DNA of 64,000 nt from Deltaproteobacteria bacterium (GCA_034670305.1 JAXMNT010000005.1:32001-96000), one strand, 5' to 3'; positions 41,268 to 51,526 are shown, numbered from the stretch's first letter. Notes: generated by a model from the sequence alone, not told the origin. Numbers and translations: made by a program.

Positions 41268-44099
41268 ATGGGTGGACTGCGCCGAGAAGACCGCCGAGAC
41301 CTGATTCTCGGATTCATCACGCTCTTCGCGATGATGATGTCGCACGCGCTCGCAGAGACGGCGCGCGACGCGCTGTTTCTCAGCCGGCTGCCCGCATCGC
41401 AGTTGCCTTGGGCCTACCTGGCGATCGCCGGTCTGGTCGGGGTGGTCGTGCGGGGCCTGACGCGGGTCCGCACCGCGATGCCGGACAAGCGGCGGCTCCT
41501 GGTGGGCACGATGGTGGTGGCCGGCGCCGTCGACATCGCCCTCGGTCTCGTGGCGCAAGACGCGGACGCGCGGCTCCTCTTCGGCCTCTACACCTGGACC
41601 GGTCTCGTCGCGACCGTCCTGATCCTGCAGCTCTGGCTCTTGCTCGAAGACGTCGTCACGGTCACCCAGGCGAAGCGGATCTTCGGTCCGGTCGCCGCGG
41701 GCGGCGTGCTCGGCGCGCTCGTCGGCTCGGCGGCCGCCGAGGCGCTGCTCATGGCCGAGACGAGCGCGACCGGCTTGTTGGTCGCCGCGGGCGCGGTGCT
41801 CCTGGTCGGCAGCGTCCTGCCCCTGCTGTGGCGCACCCCTGCGCCGGCCGTCGGGCGCGCCACCGTTCGGGTGCCCGACAAACAGGAACACGGGTTCCGC
41901 CGGCTCTGCGGTCACCTCTACCTGCGTCGGCTCTTGATGCTGGTGCTCTTCAGCACCATCGCGTTCACCATCGGCGACTACCTCTTCAAGAGCGTCGTCG
42001 CGGAGACGATCCCGACCGCGGAGCTCCCGAGTTTCTTCGCGAAGTTCTACATCGTGCTCAACGGCGCCGCGCTCTTCGTGCAGATCTTCCTCTCCGGTTG
42101 GCTGCTGCGCGCGTTCGGTGTGGGTCGCGCGCTCTACGTGCTGCCCATCGCCATGCTCGCCGCTGCCGTCGGGTTCGCGACCGTGCCGCTGCTGTTGCCG
42201 GTGCTCCTGCTCAAGGGCGCCGACGGGTCGCTGCGCCACTCGCTCCACCGCACCGCGACGGAGGTGCTCTACCTCCCGCTCAGCCAGGAGCTGCGCGAAC
42301 GCTACAAGGGCCTCATCGACGGCGTGGGCCAGCGCGGCGGACAGGCCCTCGCCTCCCTCGGCATCCTCGGCGCGGTCGCACTCGGTGCCACGCCGTGGCA
42401 CCTCTCCCTCGCACTCATCGCCGCCGGCGTCCTCTGGGTCGGCGTGCTCTTCGGGCTGCGCGGCACCTACCTCCAGCTCTTCCGCATCGGCCTGCGCGGG
42501 GGCGAGGTTCAGGGCCAAGGTCAGTCGCTCGAGATCGATCTGCACGCGCTCGAGGCGCTGCTCTCCGGCCTGAACAGCGAAGCGGACGAAGAGGTCATCG
42601 CCGCGCTCGATCTGCTCGAGGGCTTCGACAAGGTCCGCGTCGTTCCGCGCTTGGTCCTCTACCACCCGTCGACCGCGGTGAAGGTGCGCGCGCTCGCCAT
42701 GTTCGGCCAAGAAGGCGACCGCGCCTTCATTCCGATCGCGCACCGGCTGCTCCGTTCGGAGGAGTCCTCGATCCGAGTCGCGGCGCTCCGCGCATTGGCC
42801 AAGGTCGAACCCACCGAGACCCTGTACCCGCCCTTCCTCGACGGCAGCTGTCCGGCGTTGCACGCCACGGCCTTGGTCGGGTTGCTCGCGAGCCGGCGAG
42901 ACGGCGCGGTCGGCACCACGGAAGTGGCGGGCGACCTGACCGTGTCCGAACTCGAAGACCAGCTCGAGGCGCTGATCCAAGAAGGCGACCCGCTGCTCTG
43001 CACCGAGCTCGCCCACGCGATGCGCGCCCATCCGGATCCGCTCTTCGTCGAACCACTGCTGCGCCTCATGCATGCGCGCGAACCCGAAGTCCGCGCAGCC
43101 GTCGCCGGCGCGATGGAGAAACAACCGAATCCCCGCTTCTTCGAAGCGCTGCTTCCCCAGCTCGGCGACGGCCTCGTGCGCCCCTTCGCTCGCCGCGCAT
43201 TTCTGGCCGCCGGCGACGACGCGCTCCACTTCCTCGACCAGTCCCTGGCGCCCTCCTTCCAGCTCTCGACCGACGTCGGCAGCTCCCTCGCCGGCATGCC
43301 GCGCGCCGCACTGAAGGCGGGCGCGTTGATTCCTCGGCGGGTGCGCCGCCACATCCCGCGCACCCTCTCGCGTTTTCCAGCGGAGCAAGTCGCGCCGATG
43401 CTGCTGCGCCACATGCAGACCGAAGAGGACGGCGCGGTGCGCTACAAGATGCTGCGCGGACTCGGTCGCATCCGGGCCCAACATCCGAAACTCGAGATCG
43501 ACACCCGCGCAGTGAAGAAGCTGTTCCGCGCCACACTCGAGCGGGTGGTGCACCTACTCGAGTTCCAGATGGCCGTGCGCACGCAGCACCGGGACCACCC
43601 CTCGCTTGGCGCGGAGCTGATCGAAGCCAGCCTCGAGGAGAAGGTCGCCAATGCCCTGGAGCGAAGCTTCCGCTTTCTCGGCCTGTTGAACCCACGCGAA
43701 GACTTCGCGCTGCTCTGGCGCGGGGTCCGTTCCAAAGACGCCCACTCCCACGCCGCCGCGATGGAGCTGCTCGAACACGTGCTCACCGGAGCCGAACGCA
43801 CGGCGCTCTTGGCGCTCCTCGATCGACGGCCCACGGCGCAGCGGCTGGCCTACGCCGCCCAAGCGCTGTCGATCACGTTCCCACCCCAGACCTACCCAGC
43901 CCGACTCGGCGCCGCACTGCACGACCGCAGCGAGGCGCTCCGCTCGCTCGTCGCCTACCACGTCGCCGAGCTCGGCCTGACCGACTTGGAGCCCCAGTTG
44001 CGTGACGCCAAACCCGACCGTGAAGGATTCGTCTCCGAAGTGATGGAGCGCGCGCTTCAGGCGCTGCTCGGCAACCGCGGGGTCACCGGTGCCGCCTGA
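41268..44099 (+). CDS. NTT/TLC-like (Npt1/Npt2-type) MFS membrane domain fused to HEAT repeats
   Basis: ETARDALFLSR, QAKRIFG, DYLFK, LRHSLHRTATEVLYLPL...K..IDG; C-terminal HEAT-like repeats (IRVAALRAL, EVRAAVAGAM). Confidence 0.82.
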   Translation: MGGLRREDRRDLILGFITLFAMMMSHALAETARDALFLSRLPASQLPWAYLAIAGLVGVVVRGLTRVRTAMPDKRRLLVGTMVVAGAVDIALGLVAQDADARLLFGLYTWTGLVATVLILQLWLLLEDVVTVTQAKRIFGPVAAGGVLGALVGSAAAEALLMAETSATGLLVAAGAVLLVGSVLPLLWRTPAPAVGRATVRVPDKQEHGFRRLCGHLYLRRLLMLVLFSTIAFTIGDYLFKSVVAETIPTAELPSFFAKFYIVLNGAALFVQIFLSGWLLRAFGVGRALYVLPIAMLAAAVGFATVPLLLPVLLLKGADGSLRHSLHRTATEVLYLPLSQELRERYKGLIDGVGQRGGQALASLGILGAVALGATPWHLSLALIAAGVLWVGVLFGLRGTYLQLFRIGLRGGEVQGQGQSLEIDLHALEALLSGLNSEADEEVIAALDLLEGFDKVRVVPRLVLYHPSTAVKVRALAMFGQEGDRAFIPIAHRLLRSEESSIRVAALRALAKVEPTETLYPPFLDGSCPALHATALVGLLASRRDGAVGTTEVAGDLTVSELEDQLEALIQEGDPLLCTELAHAMRAHPDPLFVEPLLRLMHAREPEVRAAVAGAMEKQPNPRFFEALLPQLGDGLVRPFARRAFLAAGDDALHFLDQSLAPSFQLSTDVGSSLAGMPRAALKAGALIPRRVRRHIPRTLSRFPAEQVAPMLLRHMQTEEDGAVRYKMLRGLGRIRAQHPKLEIDTRAVKKLFRATLERVVHLLEFQMAVRTQHRDHPSLGAELIEASLEEKVANALERSFRFLGLLNPREDFALLWRGVRSKDAHSHAAAMELLEHVLTGAERTALLALLDRRPTAQRLAYAAQALSITFPPQTYPARLGAALHDRSEALRSLVAYHVAELGLTDLEPQLRDAKPDREGFVSEVMERALQALLGNRGVTGAA

Positions 44100-45093
44100 C
44101 GGGTCCCACACGCGCCTGTTGCCCAGCCTCGGCGTCGGCCGACTCGAACGCGTGCTCGCGCTGCGTGGCTTCCCGCCCTACGACAAACTCGACGCCGAAG
44201 AGGTCTCCCTCATCGCCGCCAAGATGAAAGAGCGCCGGTTCGGCGTCGGCGACGTGTTGCTCGAGCCCGGTCGGCAGGCCACGAGCTTCTTCTTCGTCAT
44301 CCGTGGCGGGGTCGAGATCCGCAAAGACGGCCGGTTGCTGCGGGCGCTCGGCGACCGCAGCGTGGTCGGGGGCACCGCCGCCTTGGCGGAAGATCCCCTC
44401 GGCTACGAGGTCGTCGCATCGCAACCCACGCTCGCACTCGAGCTCGGTGTGGACGATGCGTGGGAAGACTTCGAAGACCACTTCGTGCTCGGCCGCACCG
44501 TCATCGAAGCGATCGCACACGAGGTCATCAAGCTGCGCCAAGGGATGCCGCAGGGCCTGGGCTACGCCGCGGTCGACTGGCACAGCGATGCGCCGCTGCC
44601 GGAGCCGCTGGATCTCGTGGGCCGTCTCGCGTTGCTGCGTCGTGCGATGACCTTCGCGGGCTCCCGCCTCGAAGCGCTCGCCGACCTCGCACGGGAAGCG
44701 CGGGAGATCCGGGCCGAGACCCCATTCGAGCTCTGGAAGACCGGCGATCCGAGCAACGGGCTCGTCGTGATCGTGCACGGCACCGCGGAGTGCACGATGC
44801 GCCGCGACGATGGAACCGAAGAAGTCTTCCGTCTCGGGCCAGGCGACATCCTCGGCGCCATGGATTCGATGAGCCAGACCGGGCGCTGGTACGACGCCCG
44901 CACCGAAGGCCCCTTCGTCGGGCTCTCGCTTGCCCACGAGAGCTTCATGGACGTGCTCGAAGACCACTTCACGCTTGCGCGCTCCGCGATCACCTCACTC
45001 TCCAAAGCGATGCTGCGCCTGCTCGAACAACAAGCGCAGCTCGACGAGAGCGAACGCCCCGCCCCGCGCCCGAGCGCCCGCCCCGCGCCCTGA
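44089..45093 (+). CDS. Protein with two cyclic-nucleotide-binding (cNMP) domains
   Basis: ERRFGVGDVLLEPG...FFVIRGGVEI and LWKTGDPSNGLVVIVHG...LGPGDILG; no HTH; overlaps the upstream gene. Confidence 0.82.
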   Translation: MPPDGSHTRLLPSLGVGRLERVLALRGFPPYDKLDAEEVSLIAAKMKERRFGVGDVLLEPGRQATSFFFVIRGGVEIRKDGRLLRALGDRSVVGGTAALAEDPLGYEVVASQPTLALELGVDDAWEDFEDHFVLGRTVIEAIAHEVIKLRQGMPQGLGYAAVDWHSDAPLPEPLDLVGRLALLRRAMTFAGSRLEALADLAREAREIRAETPFELWKTGDPSNGLVVIVHGTAECTMRRDDGTEEVFRLGPGDILGAMDSMSQTGRWYDARTEGPFVGLSLAHESFMDVLEDHFTLARSAITSLSKAMLRLLEQQAQLDESERPAPRPSARPAP

Positions 45094-45133
45094 GCGTTGC
45101 CTGGCGGTTCTCGCCGAGCCAGTCGGCCGTGAA

Positions 45134-45466
45134 TCAGTTGAGGGAAGGACCGACGACGCGGACCCACGCGGTGCGCGGTGTGTCGCACCGCGCGCAATGC
45201 AGCTGAACCCGTCGCAGCAGCTGCCCGTCCACCGCCTCCGCGTCGTGGCTGTCGGTGCGCAGATGCCCGTCGCAGTGGATGCAGCCGAGCTTCTCCGCGA
45301 TCGGTTCCACGAGCGACGCGCTCTCGACCTCGAGCGGCCGGTCCGGGTTCCCGCCGGGCTCCAGCAGCGCCAACCTCTTCTGATCTTCGCGCAACGACTT
45401 CGCGCGACGCTCCGCTTCGCGCCGCTCGGTGCGCGACCGCTTCTTCTTCTTTGGCTTCTTGGCCAC
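45134..45466 (-). CDS. Small basic zinc-ribbon protein
   Basis: Lys/Arg-rich N-terminus; CIHC and CARC pairs. Confidence 0.65.
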   Translation of the reverse strand: MAKKPKKKKRSRTERREAERRAKSLREDQKRLALLEPGGNPDRPLEVESASLVEPIAEKLGCIHCDGHLRTDSHDAEAVDGQLLRRVQLHCARCDTPRTAWVRVVGPSLN

Positions 45467-45626
45467 GGTTCCTCTGTGCGGCCGCAGCACGCCCCACGCA
45501 ACGTGTGCTGGGCTGGTGCTGCTGGCGAAATCAGCGCTGTTGGCGTCGCAGGAGTCCGTGTGGCCGGCCGAGTGGCCGTTCGCTGCTGGAGCCGCTGGCG
45601 TGAGAAAAACTCAGGGCCTCACGAAC

Positions 45627-47771
45627 TCAGGGCGTGGCGGGGCGGGGGGCCAGGAGCTGGCGGGCCATGGTGAACTCGTAGAAGTTCACCATGTGGGTCG
45701 AGAGCACGCGCTCGAAGAGCTCGCGCGCGCCCGCTTCGTCGCCGCGGCCAAGCCGCTGCGCCGCTTCGTAGAAGTGCGCTTCGGTCTGTTCGCCGGTGCC
45801 GGACGCGGCCTGCAGGAGTTCCGCGTAGGGGAGCTGTCCCAGACCGAACGCGGCGAGTTTGCCGCTCCATCCGGAGTTGTCCGCTTGGCTTCGCAACACG
45901 CCCGAGGTGTCTTCTTCCGGATGCCCGGTGCCGCCGGCGCGCGCGGCGATGAGCCGCACCCAGAGCGCGAAGTAGACCTTCCACTCGGGCGCCAGGGTGA
46001 GCTGCCGCTGCGAGAGCTGAAACACCTCTTGGGCGTACGCCACGTCGGGCGCCGACACCGCCGCGAGGTGCGCGAGGATCGTCGCGTAGATCTCGCGCAT
46101 CTGCGGGCTCGTCCGCGTGGCCTGGCGGAACGACGCGACGGCCGCTTCGTGGTCGCCGAGCCGATCCTGGAGCACACCGCGCCGGACCTGGAGCCGCGCG
46201 AGTGCCGGCGCCGCGTCCGGTTGTGCGAGCAGCTCCGGACCGAGGTCGTCCCACGCTTCGAGCGCGCTGCGGTACATGCGCTCCGACTGCGCGGTGTTGT
46301 TCGTCGCGGCGAACGTGTCGCCGAGGCTCTCGAGGATCTGCGCCCGCTGCATCGTGTCCACCGGGCTCGCGTTCGGGGTGAGATCGAGCGCGCGGCGGTA
46401 GTGGCGCAGCGCTTCGGTCGCCGAACCGGTCTGTTCTTCCAGCCGGCCGAGCGTGAGCAGCGCGTCCGCGGTCTCTTCGCTCGAGAGGCTCGCCCGCAGG
46501 TGGCGCGCGGCTTCTTCGGGGTTGCCCGCCTGCATCTCGACCGTGCCGACCAAGAGCTCGATGCGGTTGCGCGCGATCGGAGACGCGGCGTTCGGCCAGC
46601 GCGTCATGCGCTCGTCGAGCAACTGTTCGGCGCGCTCGGCCAGCACCCGGGCGCGCGCGGCGTCGGCCGTGCCCATGCCGCGTCCCAGAAACTCGTCGAG
46701 CCGCAGGAGCGCTTCGTCGTAGAGGCCCCGCACATCGGGCGCGAGTTCGATCGCTTGCGCGTAGTAGCCGACCGACTCGTCGAAGCTGCCTTCTTGCGCG
46801 GCGAGCCGCGCCAGGCAGGTCGGGAAACGCGCGTCTTCCCGGAAGCGGCGCGCGCCTTCGCGACATACCCCGCGGCCAGTGGCCGGACGCACCTCGCGGT
46901 ACGCTTCGCCGAGCTCCACCAGCGCATCGGCCGCCAGCTCGTCGCTGCCCCGCGCGCGGTCGAGCACCCGAAGCAAACGCTCCTCGGTCTCGCCCCCGTC
47001 GCCCATCGAGCGGATGTGTGTGATCGCCGACGCGAGGTCGCCGTGCCGCAGGTAGACCGCCGCCACATCGAGCGGCGCGAGACGCATCACCTGGTTGGTG
47101 AGCGGCCCCATGCGCAACATCATTTGCGCGCCTTCGCGGAACGCTTCGACGATCGCGTCGCGCCGCTGCACGTGCAGCTCAGCGAGGGTGTGCAGAACCT
47201 CCGGCGCCGGCGAGAGGCGCGCGTGTTCGTCCCACACCTCGATGAGTTCGCTGTACCGCTCGAAGCCGGTCGAGAGGTTGGCGCGGGCGTCGCGGCCCCA
47301 CGTGGCGACCTCGGCGTACTCCGACTGAAGGGCGTCCGAATCTTCGATCGCCCTCAGGATGCGCAGGCCGGCCAGCACGCGGCCTTCACGGCCGAGACGC
47401 TGACCCTTCTCGACGAGCGCGCGCGCGAGCGGCGCCAGGCTGTCGGGCACGTTGCCGCGCTCGAGGTCGTCCGGGGTGAAAAGATCGATGAGGGTGACCA
47501 CGTGCTCCGCGATCGCATCCAGATCGTCGCTCTCGGCGATGGGTCCCGCTTCGCGGTTGAAGTAGTCCACGAGCGCCGCCCGCAGGCCTTCGCGCCCGCG
47601 CGCGTCCCGCGGGAGGCCGTGGTAGAGGCGCAGCGAGTCCGCCGCGTTCGACGCATCGATGCGTTCGGGCACCTCGACGCCGACCGGCGTCGTCTGGTGG
47701 TCGCCACCCCGGCCCGGGCCACAGGCCCAGACGAACGCGGTCGAGAGGAGGAGAAAAGCCGAGAGACGCAT
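45627..47771 (-). CDS. TPR-repeat lipoprotein
   Basis: MRLSAFLLLSTAFVWAC lipobox; multiple TPR-like repeats; C-terminal EAHFYEA...FYEFTMA (NlpI-like tail). Confidence 0.85.
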   Translation of the reverse strand: MRLSAFLLLSTAFVWACGPGRGGDHQTTPVGVEVPERIDASNAADSLRLYHGLPRDARGREGLRAALVDYFNREAGPIAESDDLDAIAEHVVTLIDLFTPDDLERGNVPDSLAPLARALVEKGQRLGREGRVLAGLRILRAIEDSDALQSEYAEVATWGRDARANLSTGFERYSELIEVWDEHARLSPAPEVLHTLAELHVQRRDAIVEAFREGAQMMLRMGPLTNQVMRLAPLDVAAVYLRHGDLASAITHIRSMGDGGETEERLLRVLDRARGSDELAADALVELGEAYREVRPATGRGVCREGARRFREDARFPTCLARLAAQEGSFDESVGYYAQAIELAPDVRGLYDEALLRLDEFLGRGMGTADAARARVLAERAEQLLDERMTRWPNAASPIARNRIELLVGTVEMQAGNPEEAARHLRASLSSEETADALLTLGRLEEQTGSATEALRHYRRALDLTPNASPVDTMQRAQILESLGDTFAATNNTAQSERMYRSALEAWDDLGPELLAQPDAAPALARLQVRRGVLQDRLGDHEAAVASFRQATRTSPQMREIYATILAHLAAVSAPDVAYAQEVFQLSQRQLTLAPEWKVYFALWVRLIAARAGGTGHPEEDTSGVLRSQADNSGWSGKLAAFGLGQLPYAELLQAASGTGEQTEAHFYEAAQRLGRGDEAGARELFERVLSTHMVNFYEFTMARQLLAPRPATP

Positions 47772-47963
47772 CGATGGCCGGAGGAAAGAGGCGCGGGGGT
47801 CTCGCGGAGACACCAGAGCGGTGGAGGGGGGCGCGTGCTTCCCCGACGGGGCCGGGTGGGCGTGGCGTGGGGCCGACGATGGGGGAGCGGTACGCACGAA
47901 GAACACAGGACAGCATAGTGCCAACGCACAAACCCCCAAGCTTCTTTCGTCTTTCTTGCCAAT

Positions 47964-47991
47964 ACGGGCCTGGCTCGCTTCGCGAGACTGG
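47964..47991. repeat. Dispersed REP-like motif ACGGGCCTGGCTCGCTTCGCGAGACTGG
   Basis: 27/28 identical inverted copy at 60491-60518; 21-nt exact copy at 40572-40592; degenerate copy at 48202-48218. Confidence 0.8.
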
Positions 47992-47992
47992 C

Positions 47993-48299
47993 GGCCCTAA
48001 TTCGGCGTCCAGAGCACATCGACGTGCTCGCCGCCTGTTCGCTTGATGCACTGAAGAAGCATCTGGATGCTCTTGGCGGCTGTGCGCGGTCGATGCACTC
48101 CCGCCGCCTCTATGACGCACTTGGGGAGTGCACCAGTTGCTCGGCCTGCGGCCTGCGCAGGTGCACGGGTGGAGATGCCTGACTCGCTGGCGTCATCTCG
48201 TGGCCTGGCTCGCATCGCTCGACCTGTACTCTCTGAGGGGGAAGGGTTCCCCCTCCGGCCTGCGGCCTCCTCCCCACCTGGGGCCCTAATTCGGCGTCC
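47993..48299. other. Hairpin-rich intergenic element bounded by exact 18-bp direct repeats (MITE-like element or structured RNA)
   Basis: GGCCCTAATTCGGCGTCC at 47993-48010 and 48282-48299; several internal inverted repeats. Confidence 0.6.
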
Positions 48300-48300
48300 G

Positions 48301-49647
48301 TCACTCGCCGCGGATCGAACGCCAGAGGGCGCCGGCTTTGTCGGCGGCTCCTTGCGCGGCTCCTTGGGCGGAGCTCGTAGCGGCACCCAGCGCCTGGCCG
48401 GTCGCCGAGGAGAAGCCCCGCACCGAGCGGTAGGTCTCGGTCTCCGAGATCGAGTCGACCACCCCGGTCCGCTCCACGGAACGCCAGGTGACGGCCGCCA
48501 CGAACTTCCCGAAGAACACCTGGTCGAAGTAGCCGTCGAGGAAGCCGCTGTCCGAGCGGTCGAGGTGGGCGATGAGGTCGTCGATGTCCGCGCGGTCCGC
48601 GTCTTCGAGGTGGTCGCTGGTCTTGGCGAGTTCGAGCAGCCGGCGGGCGCCCGCCATGTCGTCCGCCCGGTACGCGAGGTACGCCCGCACGAGCGCGACG
48701 TCTTCCGGGGGCACCCCCGACGCCTCGGCCGCATCGCAGAAGTGTTCGAGTTCTTCCCGGGCCTCCGCTTCGTCGCCCCGCATCAGGTAGCAGCGGGCGG
48801 TGGATCCATGCGCGAGTCCCCGCAGCGCCGCGTCGGCCTGGGCGGCTTGTTCCGCGCTGATCCGGGAACCGCCCGCCGGTTCGAACATGCCTTGCAACAG
48901 CGCGTTGCGCCCACTCAGTTCGAGCAGCGCCGCGACGTCGTTGCCGGCGAGATCACACAGCTCGGCGGTCGCGTAGGTCTGCGCCCGAAGCCCGAGGATC
49001 ACCGGCGCGATCCCTTCGAACGCCAGCTCGTTCACCTGCACGTGCGACGCCTCGTAGAGCAGCACCTCGTGCGGGATCGGCATCGGGTTCTTGGGGTGGA
49101 TCTTGAGGGCCCACAGCCCGAGAAAGAACAGCGCGTGGTCGGTCGAGAGGTTGATGCGGCTGGCCACCGGGTCGTTCGGATCCTGAAGGCGCAGCATGAT
49201 CGGCAACACCGGCAGCAGCTCGTCCTCGCTGTCGCCGCGCACGATCGACGCGCCGGTCTCGCGCAGATCCCAGAGCGCGCTGCCCAGCGCCACCACCTGC
49301 TCGAGCGAGAGGTGCGATTCGGCCGCCGGCGCCACCGCCGCCGTCGCGTCCGCCGCGTCCCCGAGTGCTTCCACACCATCGGGAAGCGGCGCGTTCAGAT
49401 CGGCGCCGGTCCCGCCCGCGGCGACCCGCTGGTTCAAGTTCCGGAACGCTTCGAGCGAACGCATCAGCGCGTCGCGCGCTTCGGTCATCACCGGGTCGTC
49501 GCCTTTGGTCAGCGCGACCTTTGCGGCCACGTACAAATGCACCGAGGTGGTGTCGACCATCTCCCGCAGGCGTTCTTCGTCGGTCGGGTCGTCGCTGCAG
49601 TCGCACGCGACAAGGAGGGCGAGCGCACACACCAGGGGTCGGGTCAT
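48301..49647 (-). CDS. Hypothetical helical lipoprotein
   Basis: MTRPLVCALALLVAC lipobox; GGAG RBS; TPR-like segments near the C-terminus. Confidence 0.75.
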   Translation of the reverse strand: MTRPLVCALALLVACDCSDDPTDEERLREMVDTTSVHLYVAAKVALTKGDDPVMTEARDALMRSLEAFRNLNQRVAAGGTGADLNAPLPDGVEALGDAADATAAVAPAAESHLSLEQVVALGSALWDLRETGASIVRGDSEDELLPVLPIMLRLQDPNDPVASRINLSTDHALFFLGLWALKIHPKNPMPIPHEVLLYEASHVQVNELAFEGIAPVILGLRAQTYATAELCDLAGNDVAALLELSGRNALLQGMFEPAGGSRISAEQAAQADAALRGLAHGSTARCYLMRGDEAEAREELEHFCDAAEASGVPPEDVALVRAYLAYRADDMAGARRLLELAKTSDHLEDADRADIDDLIAHLDRSDSGFLDGYFDQVFFGKFVAAVTWRSVERTGVVDSISETETYRSVRGFSSATGQALGAATSSAQGAAQGAADKAGALWRSIRGE

Positions 49648-49699
49648 GACTCCTCCATACGACCCAGCGGGCCGCATTCTTTCATCGGCTCGACACGGT

Positions 49700-50542
49700 T
49701 CACGAGCCCGGGTCCTGCCGGGGGTCCTTCAGCGACGCGCGGGTCTTCTTCTTCGCCCCGTCACGAGTCATCACGAAATGCGCCAGCCCTGGCATGTGCC
49801 GGCCAATGAAACCGCCGATCTTGCCATGCCCCGTGAACACGAACTCTCGTTTGCGCGCGGCGATCGCTTTCACGCAGACCCGCGCGGCTTTGTCGGCGGG
49901 CCACATCAAGTTGGCCGGCCGCTTGTCGGGGCGCTTGGGGTTGTGCACGCCCTGGTTGTCCACCTGGGCGATCTCGCTCTCCACGAAGCCCGGGTGAATC
50001 GTGGTGCAGCTGACGCCGGTGCCGTGCAGCTCCGTCGACAGGGTCTGTCCGATGCCGCGGACCGCGTACTTGGAGGCCGTGTAGGCGATGACACCCGGCG
50101 AAGGGATCATGCTTGCGACGCTGCCGATGAGCACCACCCGGCCCCGGGTCTTGCGAAGCAGCGGCAGCGCTTCGCGCACCGTGGTGCACAGCCCGACCAC
50201 GTTGACCTCGAACTGCCGACGCCAATCGTCGGAGGTGAGCATCTCGAACCGGCCGGCCACACTGAAGCCCGCGTTGGCGATGCAGACGTCCATCTTCCCG
50301 AAGGCCTTTTCGATCGAGACGACCGCCGCCGCGACGCTCTCGTCGTCCGTCACATCGCAGGGCACCGCGAGACCGCGCCGTCCCATCGCTTCGATCTCGG
50401 CCGCGACCTCGTCGATCTTGCCTGCCCGGCGGCCGCTCACGACCACGTCCGCGCCTTCGCGCGCCATCTCCAGGGCGATCGCCTTGCCGATCCCGCTCCC
50501 GCCGCCTGTGATCCACACCACCTGTCCACCGAACTGCGCCAT
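49700..50542 (-). CDS. Short-chain dehydrogenase/reductase
   Basis: TGGGSGIG, NAG, YTASK. Confidence 0.95.
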   Translation of the reverse strand: MAQFGGQVVWITGGGSGIGKAIALEMAREGADVVVSGRRAGKIDEVAAEIEAMGRRGLAVPCDVTDDESVAAAVVSIEKAFGKMDVCIANAGFSVAGRFEMLTSDDWRRQFEVNVVGLCTTVREALPLLRKTRGRVVLIGSVASMIPSPGVIAYTASKYAVRGIGQTLSTELHGTGVSCTTIHPGFVESEIAQVDNQGVHNPKRPDKRPANLMWPADKAARVCVKAIAARKREFVFTGHGKIGGFIGRHMPGLAHFVMTRDGAKKKTRASLKDPRQDPGS

Positions 50543-50612
50543 GCGCGGGACTGTATCAACTCTTCGGAAAGGGGTATCCCAGCAGACCTGGAGTATTGCT
50601 GGTCTCTACAAT

Positions 50613-51521
50613 ATGCCCGAGCTTCCGGACATCGAGCTGTACCTCCACGTGCTTCGTTCGCACACGGTCGGCCAGACCCTGAACGCGGTCCGGCTGCGCA
50701 GCGCCTTCTTGCTCCGCACCGTCGAGCCGCCGCTGAGCGCCGCGCACGGACAGCCGGTCGCCGGGTTTCACCGCATCGGCAAGCGCATCGTCTTCGAGTT
50801 CCCGGACGATCTCTTCTTCGTGCTCCACCTGATGATCGCAGGCCGGCTGCAGTGGAAGAAACCGGAGGCGAAGATCGGCGGGCGCATGGATCTCGCCGCG
50901 TTCGACTTCGACCACGGCACGCTGGTGCTCACCGAAGCGAGCAAGAAGAAGCGGGCCAAGCTGCACGTGGTGCGGGGCCGCGACGCGCTCGCCGACCACG
51001 ACCCGGGCGGGCTCGAGCCGCTCGCGATCGACGAGAAGACGTTCGTGCAGACGCTCCGGGCGCGCAACCACACCATCAAACGCGCGCTCACCGACCCGCG
51101 CATCTTCAGCGGCATCGGCAACGCGTACTCGGACGAGATCCTCTTCGCGGCGAAGCTGCCGCCCCACCGGTGGACCTCACGTCTGAGCGACGACGAGATG
51201 TCCCGCCTCTACGCCGCCACCCAGAAGATCCTGATCGAGTGGCGCGACGCGCTGCGTGCCGAGGTCGGGGAGGGATGGCCGAAGAAGGTCACCGCCTTTC
51301 GGCCCGAGATGGCGGTGCACGGCAAGTACAAGGAGCCCTGCCCGGTGTGCGCCGAACCGGTGCAGCGCATCGCCTACGCGGGCAACGAGACCAACTACTG
51401 CGCCCGCTGCCAGAACGAGGGCAAGTTGCTCGCCGACCGGGGCCTGAGCCGGCTGCTCAAAGGCGACTGGCCAAAGACCCTCGAACAACTCGAAGAGATG
51501 AAACGAGAACGCACCGAGTAA
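50613..51521 (+). CDS. Fpg/Nei family DNA glycosylase
   Basis: MPELPD N-terminus, RIGK, H2TH GIGNAYSDEIL, zinc finger CPVC...CARCQ. Confidence 0.92.
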   Translation: MPELPDIELYLHVLRSHTVGQTLNAVRLRSAFLLRTVEPPLSAAHGQPVAGFHRIGKRIVFEFPDDLFFVLHLMIAGRLQWKKPEAKIGGRMDLAAFDFDHGTLVLTEASKKKRAKLHVVRGRDALADHDPGGLEPLAIDEKTFVQTLRARNHTIKRALTDPRIFSGIGNAYSDEILFAAKLPPHRWTSRLSDDEMSRLYAATQKILIEWRDALRAEVGEGWPKKVTAFRPEMAVHGKYKEPCPVCAEPVQRIAYAGNETNYCARCQNEGKLLADRGLSRLLKGDWPKTLEQLEEMKRERTE

Positions 51522-51526
51522 CCCGG

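Noticed and set aside
48051-48090. Hammerhead ribozyme (CTGAAGA followed by a stem)
   Set aside because: The required GAAA after stem II is missing (CTTGG instead)
47993-48299. Integron attC sites
   Set aside because: CCCTAAT does not fit RYYYAAC, the ends are direct rather than inverted, and there is no integrase
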